Origin: a virus
Taxonomy: Duplodnaviria; Caudoviricetes
Direction: 5' to 3' (one strand)
Length of the DNA stretch: 64,000 nt
IMG/VR virus record: IMGVR_UViG_3300037067_009128
Coordinates: 1 to 64,000 of that record
A model generated the notes under the pieces. That model had not been told where the DNA came from. It was given only the letters and a program-made list of their open reading frames with translations, and did no database searches. Made by a program: the position numbers and the translations under genes. Positions 37,103-47,057 of this stretch are shown here, piece after piece. Each line of letters begins with the position of its first letter. Position 1 is the stretch's first letter.

Positions 37103-39835
37103 TTAATTACCCCACCTTTCTTTGAATACTTCAAATTCGGAATCAATTTTAACTTTTATTATATTAGAAATATCTATCTTTCTTTCAATACCATCGGGAT
37201 GAATTGAGAATGTTTTAGATGTCATTAGTTTAGGCGTAATTTCTTTTATCAATTCTAATTCATGTTCAGGTGATTCACCGTCAGCTTCATCATGTACTGT
37301 TATCAGGGGCCAACTTTCAAGATTATTATCCCTACAATAATCATATATTTTGATAAAACCCCATTGAGCAATATCGCTTGCTGTACCTTGTATTTGAGCG
37401 TTAATTCCGGCTCTTACAGCTTCTTCTCTAAAATATTTTTTATCACTAAATGCATCTGGTAGAATTCTACGTCTTCCAAATTTAGAATCTATCCAACCAT
37501 TACAAAGAATATGTTCTTTCATCTCAAGTTGATATTCTTTAGTTCTTTCAAATTCTGACCAAAACCATTCAGAATGTCTTTGTGCATCTTGCATTGTTAT
37601 TTTAGGTTCATCCCTTTCTAATTTCTCATTTACCTTTTCTACCTTAGTCTGATCACTCCCCAGATACATCCCTCCAAAATTACATAATTTAGTTAATTTT
37701 CTGTTTCTTTTCATTTGAAAATCAGTAGGATCATATTCAAGTTCTTTACCATTATAAAATACTTCTTTACAACCTCTCCAATGGATATCAATATTATTAT
37801 CTATATAATAAAGCATTATGGGGTCTTGTGCATAATCTGCCATGATTCTCATTTCAACTTGACTTTCATCACAACTCCAGAATCTCCAACCAGGTCTTGC
37901 TGTAAATACTCCACGTATGTTAGCAGTTTTAGTTTTTTTAGGCATATTTTGCAAATTAGGCCTTGAAGACAACCTTCCACTGACTGCTCCATGTAAGAGA
38001 TAACTCGTATGAACAAAACCATCTGGGTCCATTCTTGAATGCATTTTCTTACCTCTAAGGTAAGTAGAAATCATTTTTTGTTTTTTCTTATAATCTAATA
38101 ATGCAGCTATTAAATCTAATTCGCCTTTAAATTTATCTGGATGTTTTTCAAATTCTTCTCGTAGTCTTTTAATATGGTCTTGATCAGTACTTGCATAATC
38201 TGATGTTTGAGGTTGACCTTTTTCTTTTGTTTTAAATATAGGCCAACCAAGCTCAACAAACAATAATTCTTGTAATTGAACTGGGGAATTGAGATTGATT
38301 GTTCTTTGAAAAGTACTAAAGAACTCTTCTTCAATCTCTCTTAATTCTTTAGTATACTCATTAGCAATCTTTTCAGCATATTCTCTATCAAAGTATACCC
38401 CTCTTAATTCTGCCATTGTATAAACATGTTGTAATGGCATATAAAGATTATCCAATAAGAATTTGTTATCCAAGTAACAATTCTTTGCTCCTTGATAATT
38501 CTTTTTCTCTTCTTCAATCTCAGTAGCTAAATCTTCCCATAATCTAAGTGTTGCATCAGTATCTTTAGGGCCATATATACTCAATGTTGAAAGAGGAATG
38601 TCTGCATAATTTTCTACATCTTTTTTATCTTTTGTTAATAATCCATAAACAGATTGTTTATAACCTCTTAAATCAGGATATCTAACATCTGAGTTATATT
38701 CCAAACTATTTGGTACATTTTCATTTAATAGATAACTCATCAACATTGTGTCAGCAACAATATTATTAGGATGTATATCTAATTGCTTTATTAAGAACTG
38801 ATTATCGAATTTAACATTTTGATTACATTTCTCAATTTCTGGATTTTCTAACAATGTTTTCATTCTACCAACAACATATTCAGTAGCTGTAGGTCCTAAC
38901 CAGAAATAAAATTCATCTTTATCAAATGTTCCTAAATTATTAGTTTGTAAATATGATTCCCATTCTTTTTTTCTTTCATCATCAAAATCTTTTCCTTTAA
39001 CCCATAGAGGTAAGTAAATACCTGTATTTCTTTCACAAGAAAAACTAATACCTATGATTATATCCTCTCTCCATTCTTCAAAGATTACTTTTTTACCAAG
39101 TCTTTTCCTTTCAATTATTTCTTTCATCATTTGATATTTATTACCAGTAGTCTCAATATCATATACAAGTTTTTTACCTTGCATCAGATAATCAATGACA
39201 CCGTCAAATTCTTCAATAGTTTCTATTAAAATATAATCATTTTCTTTTTTAATATTTGTAGGTGAGTAATTTTTAATAAACTCTAAATCTTGTTCGAAAG
39301 GTAATATTAATTCTTCATTATTATATAAAGCACCTGGATGATAAGTTACAAAAATATCACAAGGATATTTTGTCATTGAATGTACTTGATTTCTTAATGA
39401 ATCTATTTTATCTTTTTTACCAAACATAGCTTCTACAACAGTTTTACCAAGAAGTATTATCTTTGGAGGTTTTACTTTAAAAAGTTCATTTGTTTTTAAG
39501 ATAGACTGAAGTATTAACTCAAGATTATCTGAACAACATTTAATATCTTTTTTATTAGGTGTCTTGTTTTCAGAATTTCTACAGAGTGTGATTGCTGTAT
39601 AAAAGAAATTAGTAATTCCTGTTTTTTCAATCTTTTCAAGAAATGTTTTTGAATCTCTTCCCCCAAGAATATTCTGATAATCTGTTCCTTTATCAGAAAT
39701 AAAAATATATTCTATGTATTTATCCCATTGACCTTCTGACACATCTTTAAACTTACCTTCATATATAAATTCTGGATTATAACAACTACAATTTATACAA
39801 TTATTATAAACTAGGTCAATCCCAAGTTTATCCAT
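37103..39835 (-). CDS. polA: Family A DNA polymerase with N-terminal UDG-like (Fe-S) domain and 3'-5' exonuclease
   Basis: CxxC..LCR..TP..CC..ILLG..TYHP (UDG family 4-like); YDIETTG, NVKFD, YGPKD exonuclease; SGRLSS.PNLQN, DESQVEMR, KLCNFGGMY, VHDE. Confidence 0.92.
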   Translation of the reverse strand: MDKLGIDLVYNNCINCSCYNPEFIYEGKFKDVSEGQWDKYIEYIFISDKGTDYQNILGGRDSKTFLEKIEKTGITNFFYTAITLCRNSENKTPNKKDIKCCSDNLELILQSILKTNELFKVKPPKIILLGKTVVEAMFGKKDKIDSLRNQVHSMTKYPCDIFVTYHPGALYNNEELILPFEQDLEFIKNYSPTNIKKENDYILIETIEEFDGVIDYLMQGKKLVYDIETTGNKYQMMKEIIERKRLGKKVIFEEWREDIIIGISFSCERNTGIYLPLWVKGKDFDDERKKEWESYLQTNNLGTFDKDEFYFWLGPTATEYVVGRMKTLLENPEIEKCNQNVKFDNQFLIKQLDIHPNNIVADTMLMSYLLNENVPNSLEYNSDVRYPDLRGYKQSVYGLLTKDKKDVENYADIPLSTLSIYGPKDTDATLRLWEDLATEIEEEKKNYQGAKNCYLDNKFLLDNLYMPLQHVYTMAELRGVYFDREYAEKIANEYTKELREIEEEFFSTFQRTINLNSPVQLQELLFVELGWPIFKTKEKGQPQTSDYASTDQDHIKRLREEFEKHPDKFKGELDLIAALLDYKKKQKMISTYLRGKKMHSRMDPDGFVHTSYLLHGAVSGRLSSRPNLQNMPKKTKTANIRGVFTARPGWRFWSCDESQVEMRIMADYAQDPIMLYYIDNNIDIHWRGCKEVFYNGKELEYDPTDFQMKRNRKLTKLCNFGGMYLGSDQTKVEKVNEKLERDEPKITMQDAQRHSEWFWSEFERTKEYQLEMKEHILCNGWIDSKFGRRRILPDAFSDKKYFREEAVRAGINAQIQGTASDIAQWGFIKIYDYCRDNNLESWPLITVHDEADGESPEHELELIKEITPKLMTSKTFSIHPDGIERKIDISNIIKVKIDSEFEVFKERWGN

Positions 39836-39866
39836 GAAACTCCTAAATTATTTTAAATTTGATTTG

Positions 39867-39882
39867 CAAATATAATACATCT
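39867..39882 (-). promoter_or_regulatory. Putative promoter -7 element TAnnTTTG upstream of polA
   Basis: Minus strand agatgtatTATATTTGcaa. Confidence 0.55.
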
Positions 39883-39893
39883 AATATTTTGTA

Positions 39894-40580
39894 TTATAGA
39901 GGTAGTCCGAAATTTATTGCTTTTCTTTGTTTGAATAGTTCTCCATCTTTGTCAAAAAATCTCATATTCTTTTGATGAAGATCATCTCCTGGAACACCAA
40001 GATGAGCATGGAAATCATGTCTAATTAAACAAGTTCCAAAAAATGTTTGTTTTTTAAGTTTATTTGCTACTTCCATAAATTCATTGTCACACCAAAACCC
40101 TTTGTATTCTGGGTAATAAATGTAACCAAATCTATCAAAGTATTTTCTACCTATAATCGGTAATGTATTAAGATCAGTTCTGAATCCATCAAAGTACCAC
40201 AAAACTCCATCAGTATCAGGATAAAAATGTTGCATATCACTTCTAATTTGCTCATCATAGCCAATGTATACTGGAGTCATATCATCAGATGCTAATAAAA
40301 CAATATCAAAATCTTTATAAAAAACTCCAGCATTCATAGCATTAATCTTACAAGTATTATTATAAAATTGGATATCACAATAACTACCAAATTCACTAAT
40401 ATATCTAATTTTATTAATGATATCACTGTTATTCATTGTTTTATCATCAATATCACAAATAATATGAAATGATGTGTTTTTGTGGTCTTGGATTAAATCT
40501 TGATATTTTTGTAACATTTTTAAGAATTTTTCAGGTCTTTCTCTTGTGGGGAATTGAATTAAGACTTTTAATTTTGACAT
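39894..40580 (-). CDS. GT-A fold glycosyltransferase (GT2-like)
   Basis: FPTRERP, KINAMN, ASDDM, FWCDNEF, IRH. Confidence 0.8.
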   Translation of the reverse strand: MSKLKVLIQFPTRERPEKFLKMLQKYQDLIQDHKNTSFHIICDIDDKTMNNSDIINKIRYISEFGSYCDIQFYNNTCKINAMNAGVFYKDFDIVLLASDDMTPVYIGYDEQIRSDMQHFYPDTDGVLWYFDGFRTDLNTLPIIGRKYFDRFGYIYYPEYKGFWCDNEFMEVANKLKKQTFFGTCLIRHDFHAHLGVPGDDLHQKNMRFFDKDGELFKQRKAINFGLPL

Positions 40581-41425
40581 TGTAATACCTCTTCTAATAA
40601 AAATTTCATTCTTTTATAATAAGTATGTTGTTTTGAAAAATTATAACCATTATTAGCTACCTCATATATATAATCAAGATGATTCTTACAATAATTAAGT
40701 TTTTCCATAAGATCATTTTTTGATTCATAACTTAAATAATCTATTTCATCTCTGAATCCTAATTCTTGATATTGTTTATCATAATTAGTTAATAAAACAG
40801 TACTGCATCCCAATGTTTCAAAACTTCTATAATTAATATCATTTGAGATATTTTTATTAAAATGAATACGATAAGAATTTATAGCTCTTACCATGTCTTT
40901 TCCTAATACCCATATATCTTTTTTTAATAAATATTTCGACTCTATTACATTGAACCATTCTTCTCTATTTAATACACTACCACAAAATCCTATAAAATAC
41001 CCTTTGATATTCATAGGATAAATCAATTCATCATCAAAACAATTTGGAAACCAAATTGTACGTATAGAATTCGAAGTTATACAATAATTTTTATTAGCTT
41101 GTAACATTGTGTGATATTTTCCACGTTTAAATTCTTGATTATAAATTTCAATTCCTCTCACATGTGCATCAATACACCATAATAATTTAATAGGTTTGGA
41201 ATATTGACTTAAATCTGGTACCCATCCAGAGTCGTAATTTTCAAGATTTATAATAACATCATAACTATTAAAATTGGGAATCTGGTTAAAATTATGATGA
41301 CCTTTACCCCAAACATCACAACTTTGTCCTAATTTAATTAATGCTCTTTGTGCAGAGAAACATTCTCTAAATTCCCTATTTGAATCATGAATCCCATTCT
41401 CTTGAATAATTAAAAATTTAAGCAT
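40568..41425 (-). CDS. GT-B glycosyltransferase (Glyco_trans_1_2 / CgeB-like)
   Basis: IGFCGS, INYRSFETLGC..LLT, HTYYKRM; probable start ATG 41425 after GAGG. Confidence 0.8.
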   Translation of the reverse strand: MLKFLIIQENGIHDSNREFRECFSAQRALIKLGQSCDVWGKGHHNFNQIPNFNSYDVIINLENYDSGWVPDLSQYSKPIKLLWCIDAHVRGIEIYNQEFKRGKYHTMLQANKNYCITSNSIRTIWFPNCFDDELIYPMNIKGYFIGFCGSVLNREEWFNVIESKYLLKKDIWVLGKDMVRAINSYRIHFNKNISNDINYRSFETLGCSTVLLTNYDKQYQELGFRDEIDYLSYESKNDLMEKLNYCKNHLDYIYEVANNGYNFSKQHTYYKRMKFLLEEVLQCQN

Positions 41426-41927
41426 ATTGGTCCTCTGTATAAGCTGAAAAAGTATTCTCATTTTCATTTTTATGAATAGCAATATCATACCCATAACGTG
41501 CAAACATTTCAGGATTTAAAACTGAAATATGTTCTTCAAATGGGTTACCGTCTAGCGAACCTTGTGGATGTTCTCCTATAGGCATTTGATATATTACTAT
41601 TTTTTTAGCTTTTCTTTCAATGTCACCATTGATATTTAAAAAATCAAACCAAGTAATATGTTCTGGACCATGTAACCAAATAACAGCATCATAGTTAAAT
41701 TCTATCAGATCAATATTTTTAACATCTATATGGTGTACAGTTTTCACAAATTTAAAGATATCTCTACAATTATCTCCCCAAACTTCTAATACAGAAAATT
41801 CTCCCCCAATACTTTCTATATAATTTTGAATACTTCTGTCAGAATCGTGTCTGTACCCAATATTGAGTACAGACTTTACCTCCAATTCTTTAAATTTATC
41901 AATAACGAACTTTATTTGTTCAAGCAT
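41418..41927 (-). CDS. Small class I SAM-methyltransferase-fold protein
   Basis: SVLNIG, VLEVW, YDAVIWLHGPEHI, GNPFEEHIS. Confidence 0.6.
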   Translation of the reverse strand: MLEQIKFVIDKFKELEVKSVLNIGYRHDSDRSIQNYIESIGGEFSVLEVWGDNCRDIFKFVKTVHHIDVKNIDLIEFNYDAVIWLHGPEHITWFDFLNINGDIERKAKKIVIYQMPIGEHPQGSLDGNPFEEHISVLNPEMFARYGYDIAIHKNENENTFSAYTEDQYA

Positions 41928-41946
41928 TTTACTCCTAAGATTTTTT

Positions 41947-42945
41947 TTAATTTTTAACTATAGCACTTTTACCAAAATATTGAAAGTTTAATGTTTTATT
42001 GTCATATATCACATTATCATAAACAAACTTTGAAGGGAAAACTGTAATATTAAAACAAGGAGCTCCAAGATACCCAATTCTCATATGTGTTTGAGGAGAA
42101 TCTTTATACCCCTCAAAATAATCAAAATCGATCTTAATATCATAACTATAATCATTGATTTCTAATCCTAATCCACAACCTTCAATCATTCCTCTAAAAC
42201 TTGATCCTTGAGTTTTAGTTGCTGAAATACCGATAGGACATTTTTCAATGTCAAGATTAGCTCTCATTGCATTAAGCATATGTCCTTTAAAACCTATTTT
42301 ACAATCTTTTATAAATGCTTTCACATTAGATACTTGTCCTTTTAAATCCATTCCAGTTTCTGCTCCTGAAATGTATATATTTTCAAAATTAAATCTATGA
42401 TACCCATTAGGACGATTAACGGGATTAGATTTGATACCCGTAAAAACAGCTTTTGAATCACTTTTTATAATAGCAAAATTTCTAATATTCCAGTATTCTC
42501 CAGCATTCTTATCATATTTTATAGGATCTGTATTAGGTATAACTAAATCAGTAGCAATATGTTCTATTACTGGACTTCCATCAGTTATCCCTTTAACTTG
42601 CAATACAGTTCCATAATCCCAACCAGCATCTTCACCTATTATAGGAACTTCTGTTTTTATACCACCTTTAATTATTGGGTATTTACCATTAAACAATTTT
42701 ACTATTTGATGATCTTCTCTTGCTTTATAGCAAGCATCTTGTATTAAACTAGAACAATCACCATTCCTTGGTCTAACCCAGTATACAGAGTCTTCTGGAA
42801 TATCTGGAATACTCTCTTTCAATTCTTGTAGTGATTTTGCAATGTTAGTAAAATCAGTTTCATAACCTTGAACTTTTTCTTGAAATTCTTTTATAGAATT
42901 GTCTATTTGTTCAAACTTATTATTGAGATCTTCTCCTAGTGACAT
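41947..42945 (-). CDS. Coiled-coil plus parallel beta-helix (pectate-lyase-like) protein
   Basis: DCSSLIQDAC..VKLFNGKY..IIGE..GTVL start; repeating CKIG/CPIG/CGLG rungs. Confidence 0.6.
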   Translation of the reverse strand: MSLGEDLNNKFEQIDNSIKEFQEKVQGYETDFTNIAKSLQELKESIPDIPEDSVYWVRPRNGDCSSLIQDACYKAREDHQIVKLFNGKYPIIKGGIKTEVPIIGEDAGWDYGTVLQVKGITDGSPVIEHIATDLVIPNTDPIKYDKNAGEYWNIRNFAIIKSDSKAVFTGIKSNPVNRPNGYHRFNFENIYISGAETGMDLKGQVSNVKAFIKDCKIGFKGHMLNAMRANLDIEKCPIGISATKTQGSSFRGMIEGCGLGLEINDYSYDIKIDFDYFEGYKDSPQTHMRIGYLGAPCFNITVFPSKFVYDNVIYDNKTLNFQYFGKSAIVKN

Positions 42946-42956
42946 AATATTTCCCT

Positions 42957-43670
42957 TTATAATAATTTATAATTAAGTACTTGTCTATAATTCTTTACAT
43001 CGTTACAAAATTTTGCATATAACTCCTTCCAATTTGGTTTTTGAATATCAAATATCCAGTGTAATGTTTTTATATGTGGATCATTTAAATTAATTTTATT
43101 AACATCATGGTAAGATTTTTGAAATGTAGATATTATTGGTTTAATATTGCCATAAACTAACTTATCATAATTATAAGCATTATATTCTTTATCACAAGTA
43201 TGAATCCAATTAAATTCAAATGCATTTAAAGCATCTAATGCGTCTTGTGTATAAGTATTAAAAGCAGGAATAAAATGGTCTCTATTGAATTTATTGACTT
43301 TAGACATTATATTAAAACTATGCTCAATTCTATGTTCTATTTCATGTTGAGATAAATCTTCAAATTCACCTCCATTAGGCCAAGTATTGATTATATCATC
43401 CCATCCAAATGCATGATCAAATTTATGATTAAATCCATGCATAACAATTTGTCCAACTTTAACTATTGAATTAAATAACTCTATATCTAATTCGTCTATT
43501 AATAATGGACTTACTCCTAGTAAATAAGGAACTTGATTTGATTCAAATATACTTAAAACTTCTGTAATTCTTTCTCTACACCAATTATGATTATAACCAG
43601 GATACCCATAAGGATAATCATCAATTCTAATAACCTGTATTCCTTCACGAACAAAATTATTTACTTCCAT
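42957..43670 (-). CDS. Polysaccharide deacetylase (DUF2334-like)
   Basis: IRIDDYP, LGVSP, MHGFNH, FIPAFN, TLHW. Confidence 0.75.
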   Translation of the reverse strand: MEVNNFVREGIQVIRIDDYPYGYPGYNHNWCRERITEVLSIFESNQVPYLLGVSPLLIDELDIELFNSIVKVGQIVMHGFNHKFDHAFGWDDIINTWPNGGEFEDLSQHEIEHRIEHSFNIMSKVNKFNRDHFIPAFNTYTQDALDALNAFEFNWIHTCDKEYNAYNYDKLVYGNIKPIISTFQKSYHDVNKINLNDPHIKTLHWIFDIQKPNWKELYAKFCNDVKNYRQVLNYKLL

Positions 43671-43678
43671 TTAATTCC

Positions 43679-44233
43679 TTATAAAAATTTAAAAAATTGC
43701 ATTATATGTAATAGTCCACCACGTTCGCCATTTATGTCATAAGATTGATATCTATCTTCTTCATATATAAGTTTAGATGAAAATTCTCCAAAATCTATAA
43801 TTTTAAGCTTTCTATCTGTCATGTTATATAATATATTACTTTCATTCAAATCACCATGAACTATATTTCTTGAAAGTAAATCAATAATCATCTTACTTAG
43901 TTCAGAAATTATCCATAATTTATCTATAAGAGACAATACATATCCACAACTTTCTAAAGAAATATAACTATCTGGTATTAATTCTGTAAATATTTCAATA
44001 TGGTTATAAAAATCAGAGGCTTCTAAGAATTTAGGTACATAATCAATACCTTTTAATTCTTTTAAAAAATCTATTTCTTTATAACCTCTTAAACGATCAT
44101 TATCTACTTTACAAAATGCTTGTCTTTTTTCAGATTTATAATATTTACGATCTTTATTTATAGTTGTTGTATTAGGTATAAACTCAATAAATAAAGGATC
44201 ATTTTTAACACTTATCATTGATTTTTTCTCCAT
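43679..44233 (-). CDS. Protein-kinase-like fold kinase (Kdo/RIO/WbdD-type)
   Basis: FCK, EIDFLKEL, VPK, HGDLNESNIL, IIDFG. Confidence 0.8.
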   Translation of the reverse strand: MEKKSMISVKNDPLFIEFIPNTTTINKDRKYYKSEKRQAFCKVDNDRLRGYKEIDFLKELKGIDYVPKFLEASDFYNHIEIFTELIPDSYISLESCGYVLSLIDKLWIISELSKMIIDLLSRNIVHGDLNESNILYNMTDRKLKIIDFGEFSSKLIYEEDRYQSYDINGERGGLLHIMQFFKFL

Positions 44234-44886
44234 AATCTTAATACATTGTGGTATACACCATTTAATTCATGTACATTAGGTCTATTATTAGCTATAATCT
44301 GAGTATAATCTTTTAAAATTTTAGAATTCCATTGTTCATAATGATCATGCATACTTATATAAGGTACTTCATATTCTGCAGCAAGACCTAATTCAAAATT
44401 CATACAATCACTTGAATGGTCTGAATCATGAAAAAACAAATCAACTTGGTCATCTTTATAGATTTCATCAAAAACATCATATAAAACATTAAAGGTATAA
44501 TCTTTGATAAGTGTCCATCTATCTTTTAAAACTTTAAAAACTCTTTCTCCAGGTTCACCTATTGTTAGTTTATGAGACCCATCTGTAGAATTTTTACCAG
44601 AATCTATTGTTATAAGTTTACCTTTATTATTACGAAACATTCCATATAAAATTGCTTGAGTAGAAGCTCCATTTTGACATCCAGTTTCAATTACTATTTT
44701 AGGTTTTATTAATCTTGTTAATACATATAAAGGAAGATTATAAAATGAAAAAGAATCTCCAGGTCTTAACTCTTTACAAAATAATACTCCTTTATCTATT
44801 TCTTCATTGATAATATCAGAAGCTCCCAATTTTATAACTTCTTCAATAAAATCAGGCTGTAAATAATCTTTTATAATATCTTCCAT
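44215..44886 (-). CDS. Class I SAM-dependent methyltransferase (Methyltransf_24-like)
   Basis: KPKIVIETGCQNGAST, GKLITID, DLFFHDSDHS, MHD. Confidence 0.8.
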   Translation of the reverse strand: MEDIIKDYLQPDFIEEVIKLGASDIINEEIDKGVLFCKELRPGDSFSFYNLPLYVLTRLIKPKIVIETGCQNGASTQAILYGMFRNNKGKLITIDSGKNSTDGSHKLTIGEPGERVFKVLKDRWTLIKDYTFNVLYDVFDEIYKDDQVDLFFHDSDHSSDCMNFELGLAAEYEVPYISMHDHYEQWNSKILKDYTQIIANNRPNVHELNGVYHNVLRLWRKNQ

Positions 44887-45008
44887 TATACCCTCTTTTT
44901 AATTAATACTATTAAAATAATAATAAAAAGTTAATGTAATTATGATACCGAATGCAATCAGTATAAGTCCTCTTAAAAACCAATTATCTTCCATTATATC
45001 CTCTTTTT
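44877..45008. repeat. 24-bp direct repeat (44877-44900 and 44985-45008) flanking a mini-gene
   Basis: tatcttccattata(c/t)cctcttttt, 23/24 identical; contains RBS and start codon on the minus strand. Confidence 0.85.
44899..44994 (-). CDS. 31-aa single-TM protein (not in ORF track)
   Basis: MEDNWFLRGLILIAFGIIITLTFYYYFNSIN; GAGG RBS; TAATG coupling. Confidence 0.6.
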   Translation of the reverse strand: MEDNWFLRGLILIAFGIIITLTFYYYFNSIN

Positions 45009-47057
45009 TGAATATTCTTCATTAGTAAAACAAATCCATAAAGGTCTTCCAATTCTATCTGGGGCATTTATTCCTGGATCAGTGTTTTCTAGACGTTCAA
45101 CTTTATAAAATACATCTTTAAGTAAAGATTCATAAAATACATCTTTTCCATTTCTAATATCATCTGAATGTCCTTCAACTATTACAACACCATCCGTTAT
45201 TTCATTAATTTCTTTTAATATTAATTTTTGATTATTAAAATTTTCAATAATTGACAATAATAATACTACATTAAATCTAACATTATGAAAAACTTCTTTT
45301 GTCGATATATGATTAATATCTACATTCATAAAATTATATCTTAATTGAGGATATAATTCTTTTGACAATTCAATATAATCTTTATCAGAATCTATTCCGT
45401 AAACATTTTTGAATCCTAAAATATATTGATTAACAAAACAACCAAGATTACTTCCTATATCAATTAAGATATTATTAGGGATATTATAAGTATTGATTAC
45501 ATTATTAATTAAATTAATTCTACTTTGTGAATCTCTTAACCCTTCAAATACTATCCCTTCTATTTTAATTGTTTGATAAGGCATATAAAACTTCTTATTT
45601 TTGTATTCAAAAGTTTTGTTATCTACCCATCTTCCTTGTAATTTAGAAAGTATGTTTATTATCTTATTATCTATCATAACTAAAGCATCCTTTAATGGTT
45701 GAATAAAATTCTTTTCTCTATTGTTATTTTCATCAAAAATATCACCTACAAACTCAAAGTCTCTCCTTTCTGTAGGAAAGGGTTTTGGATTAGAGTTGTA
45801 AAAATCAAAATCACTATGTTCAATAGTTTCATCTTTAATAGATGCATATAAATTAGAAAGTAAATCCTGGTCAGCTTGTTTATAATCTTCCTTCTTTGCA
45901 TTTATAAAAAATTTTATATATTTATACAAAGCTCCATTTTTAACTCCCCACATCCCGGCCATTATCAAAGCCGTATGCCAAGGGTGGTCTCTCATTATAT
46001 GGAAATCTTTATCAGATTTTAACCATTCATCAACAGCAGCTTTTTCTCTTAAAGAAAGTCTTGAATCTGTGTCTCTAAAAATAACAATTTCTGCTTCATG
46101 TTTAAATGCAGCATTAAATCTCCATATTGTTGATGACCAATTTCCTAATTCTTCCATTTCAATAACATCAACATTATCAAAAGATTTTAACTCATCAATT
46201 ACATGTTTATAAATTTCTCCAACATAAAATAAACATCTCCAATCGGGGTATATCTCTTTAGCTAATTTAGCATTTTCGATAGCACCTTGTGTGTATTTTT
46301 TATCTATTCCCCACAAAGAGAAACTTATTACTTTTTCTTTGTATGCTATATAGTTAAGATTTAAATATTTATTATATTGTAAATAATCAATAATTCGTTT
46401 TTTTAGAAAAAAGAGAGCACCTGTTGGATTTAATGCCCAATCACCATTTTCATGAAGATTGCAATGCATTCCTCCATAACCGTAATGATCAACATAACTA
46501 GTTCTACTAATAATAACTTTATTATTATATAATTCTCCTACTCGCCAATCAAATCCCCCGTGTTTAGCTATTAACTTTCCACCATGTGTATTTGAGTCAT
46601 CAAGCACTCTTTTTACCATTTCTCTGTCAAGAAATATAGAAATTCCGGGAAGATACTCTCTTATAACTTCAAATTGTTCAGTATCATCAACTGTGAAATG
46701 AGTATGACAATTACTGTTATATAAACTTATTGGAACGTTCCACTTATCATGTAATAAGATTGCCATGTCTTCCCAGTTTGTATCATGGAAAGCATCATTA
46801 TCAGTTAAATAAAGAAACTCATATTCTGAATTATAAAAATCTTTAAAATGTTGTAATCTTTGTTCTTCAATTCCTTTATTTTTACTAATACTTACATGAT
46901 CAGAAAATTGTTTTAACCAAGTTTCATCATATTCAGTAGATCCATCATCATAAATAAAGATATCACTTTCATTTGATACTTGTTTTAATTGATTCAAACA
47001 AAGTTCTGTAATTTTCTTTCTATTGTAAGTTGTTACTGCAATATAAATCTTTTTCAA
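44994..47057 (-). CDS. Three-domain fusion: GT2 + second GT-A-like domain + SAM methyltransferase
   Basis: AVTTYNR..YDDGS..TDND; VISFSLWG..WRF..FRDTDSRL..HIMRDHPWH; YQTI..RD..R..LIDIGSNLG. Confidence 0.8.
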   Translation of the reverse strand: MKKIYIAVTTYNRKKITELCLNQLKQVSNESDIFIYDDGSTEYDETWLKQFSDHVSISKNKGIEEQRLQHFKDFYNSEYEFLYLTDNDAFHDTNWEDMAILLHDKWNVPISLYNSNCHTHFTVDDTEQFEVIREYLPGISIFLDREMVKRVLDDSNTHGGKLIAKHGGFDWRVGELYNNKVIISRTSYVDHYGYGGMHCNLHENGDWALNPTGALFFLKKRIIDYLQYNKYLNLNYIAYKEKVISFSLWGIDKKYTQGAIENAKLAKEIYPDWRCLFYVGEIYKHVIDELKSFDNVDVIEMEELGNWSSTIWRFNAAFKHEAEIVIFRDTDSRLSLREKAAVDEWLKSDKDFHIMRDHPWHTALIMAGMWGVKNGALYKYIKFFINAKKEDYKQADQDLLSNLYASIKDETIEHSDFDFYNSNPKPFPTERRDFEFVGDIFDENNNREKNFIQPLKDALVMIDNKIINILSKLQGRWVDNKTFEYKNKKFYMPYQTIKIEGIVFEGLRDSQSRINLINNVINTYNIPNNILIDIGSNLGCFVNQYILGFKNVYGIDSDKDYIELSKELYPQLRYNFMNVDINHISTKEVFHNVRFNVVLLLSIIENFNNQKLILKEINEITDGVVIVEGHSDDIRNGKDVFYESLLKDVFYKVERLENTDPGINAPDRIGRPLWICFTNEEYSKKRI

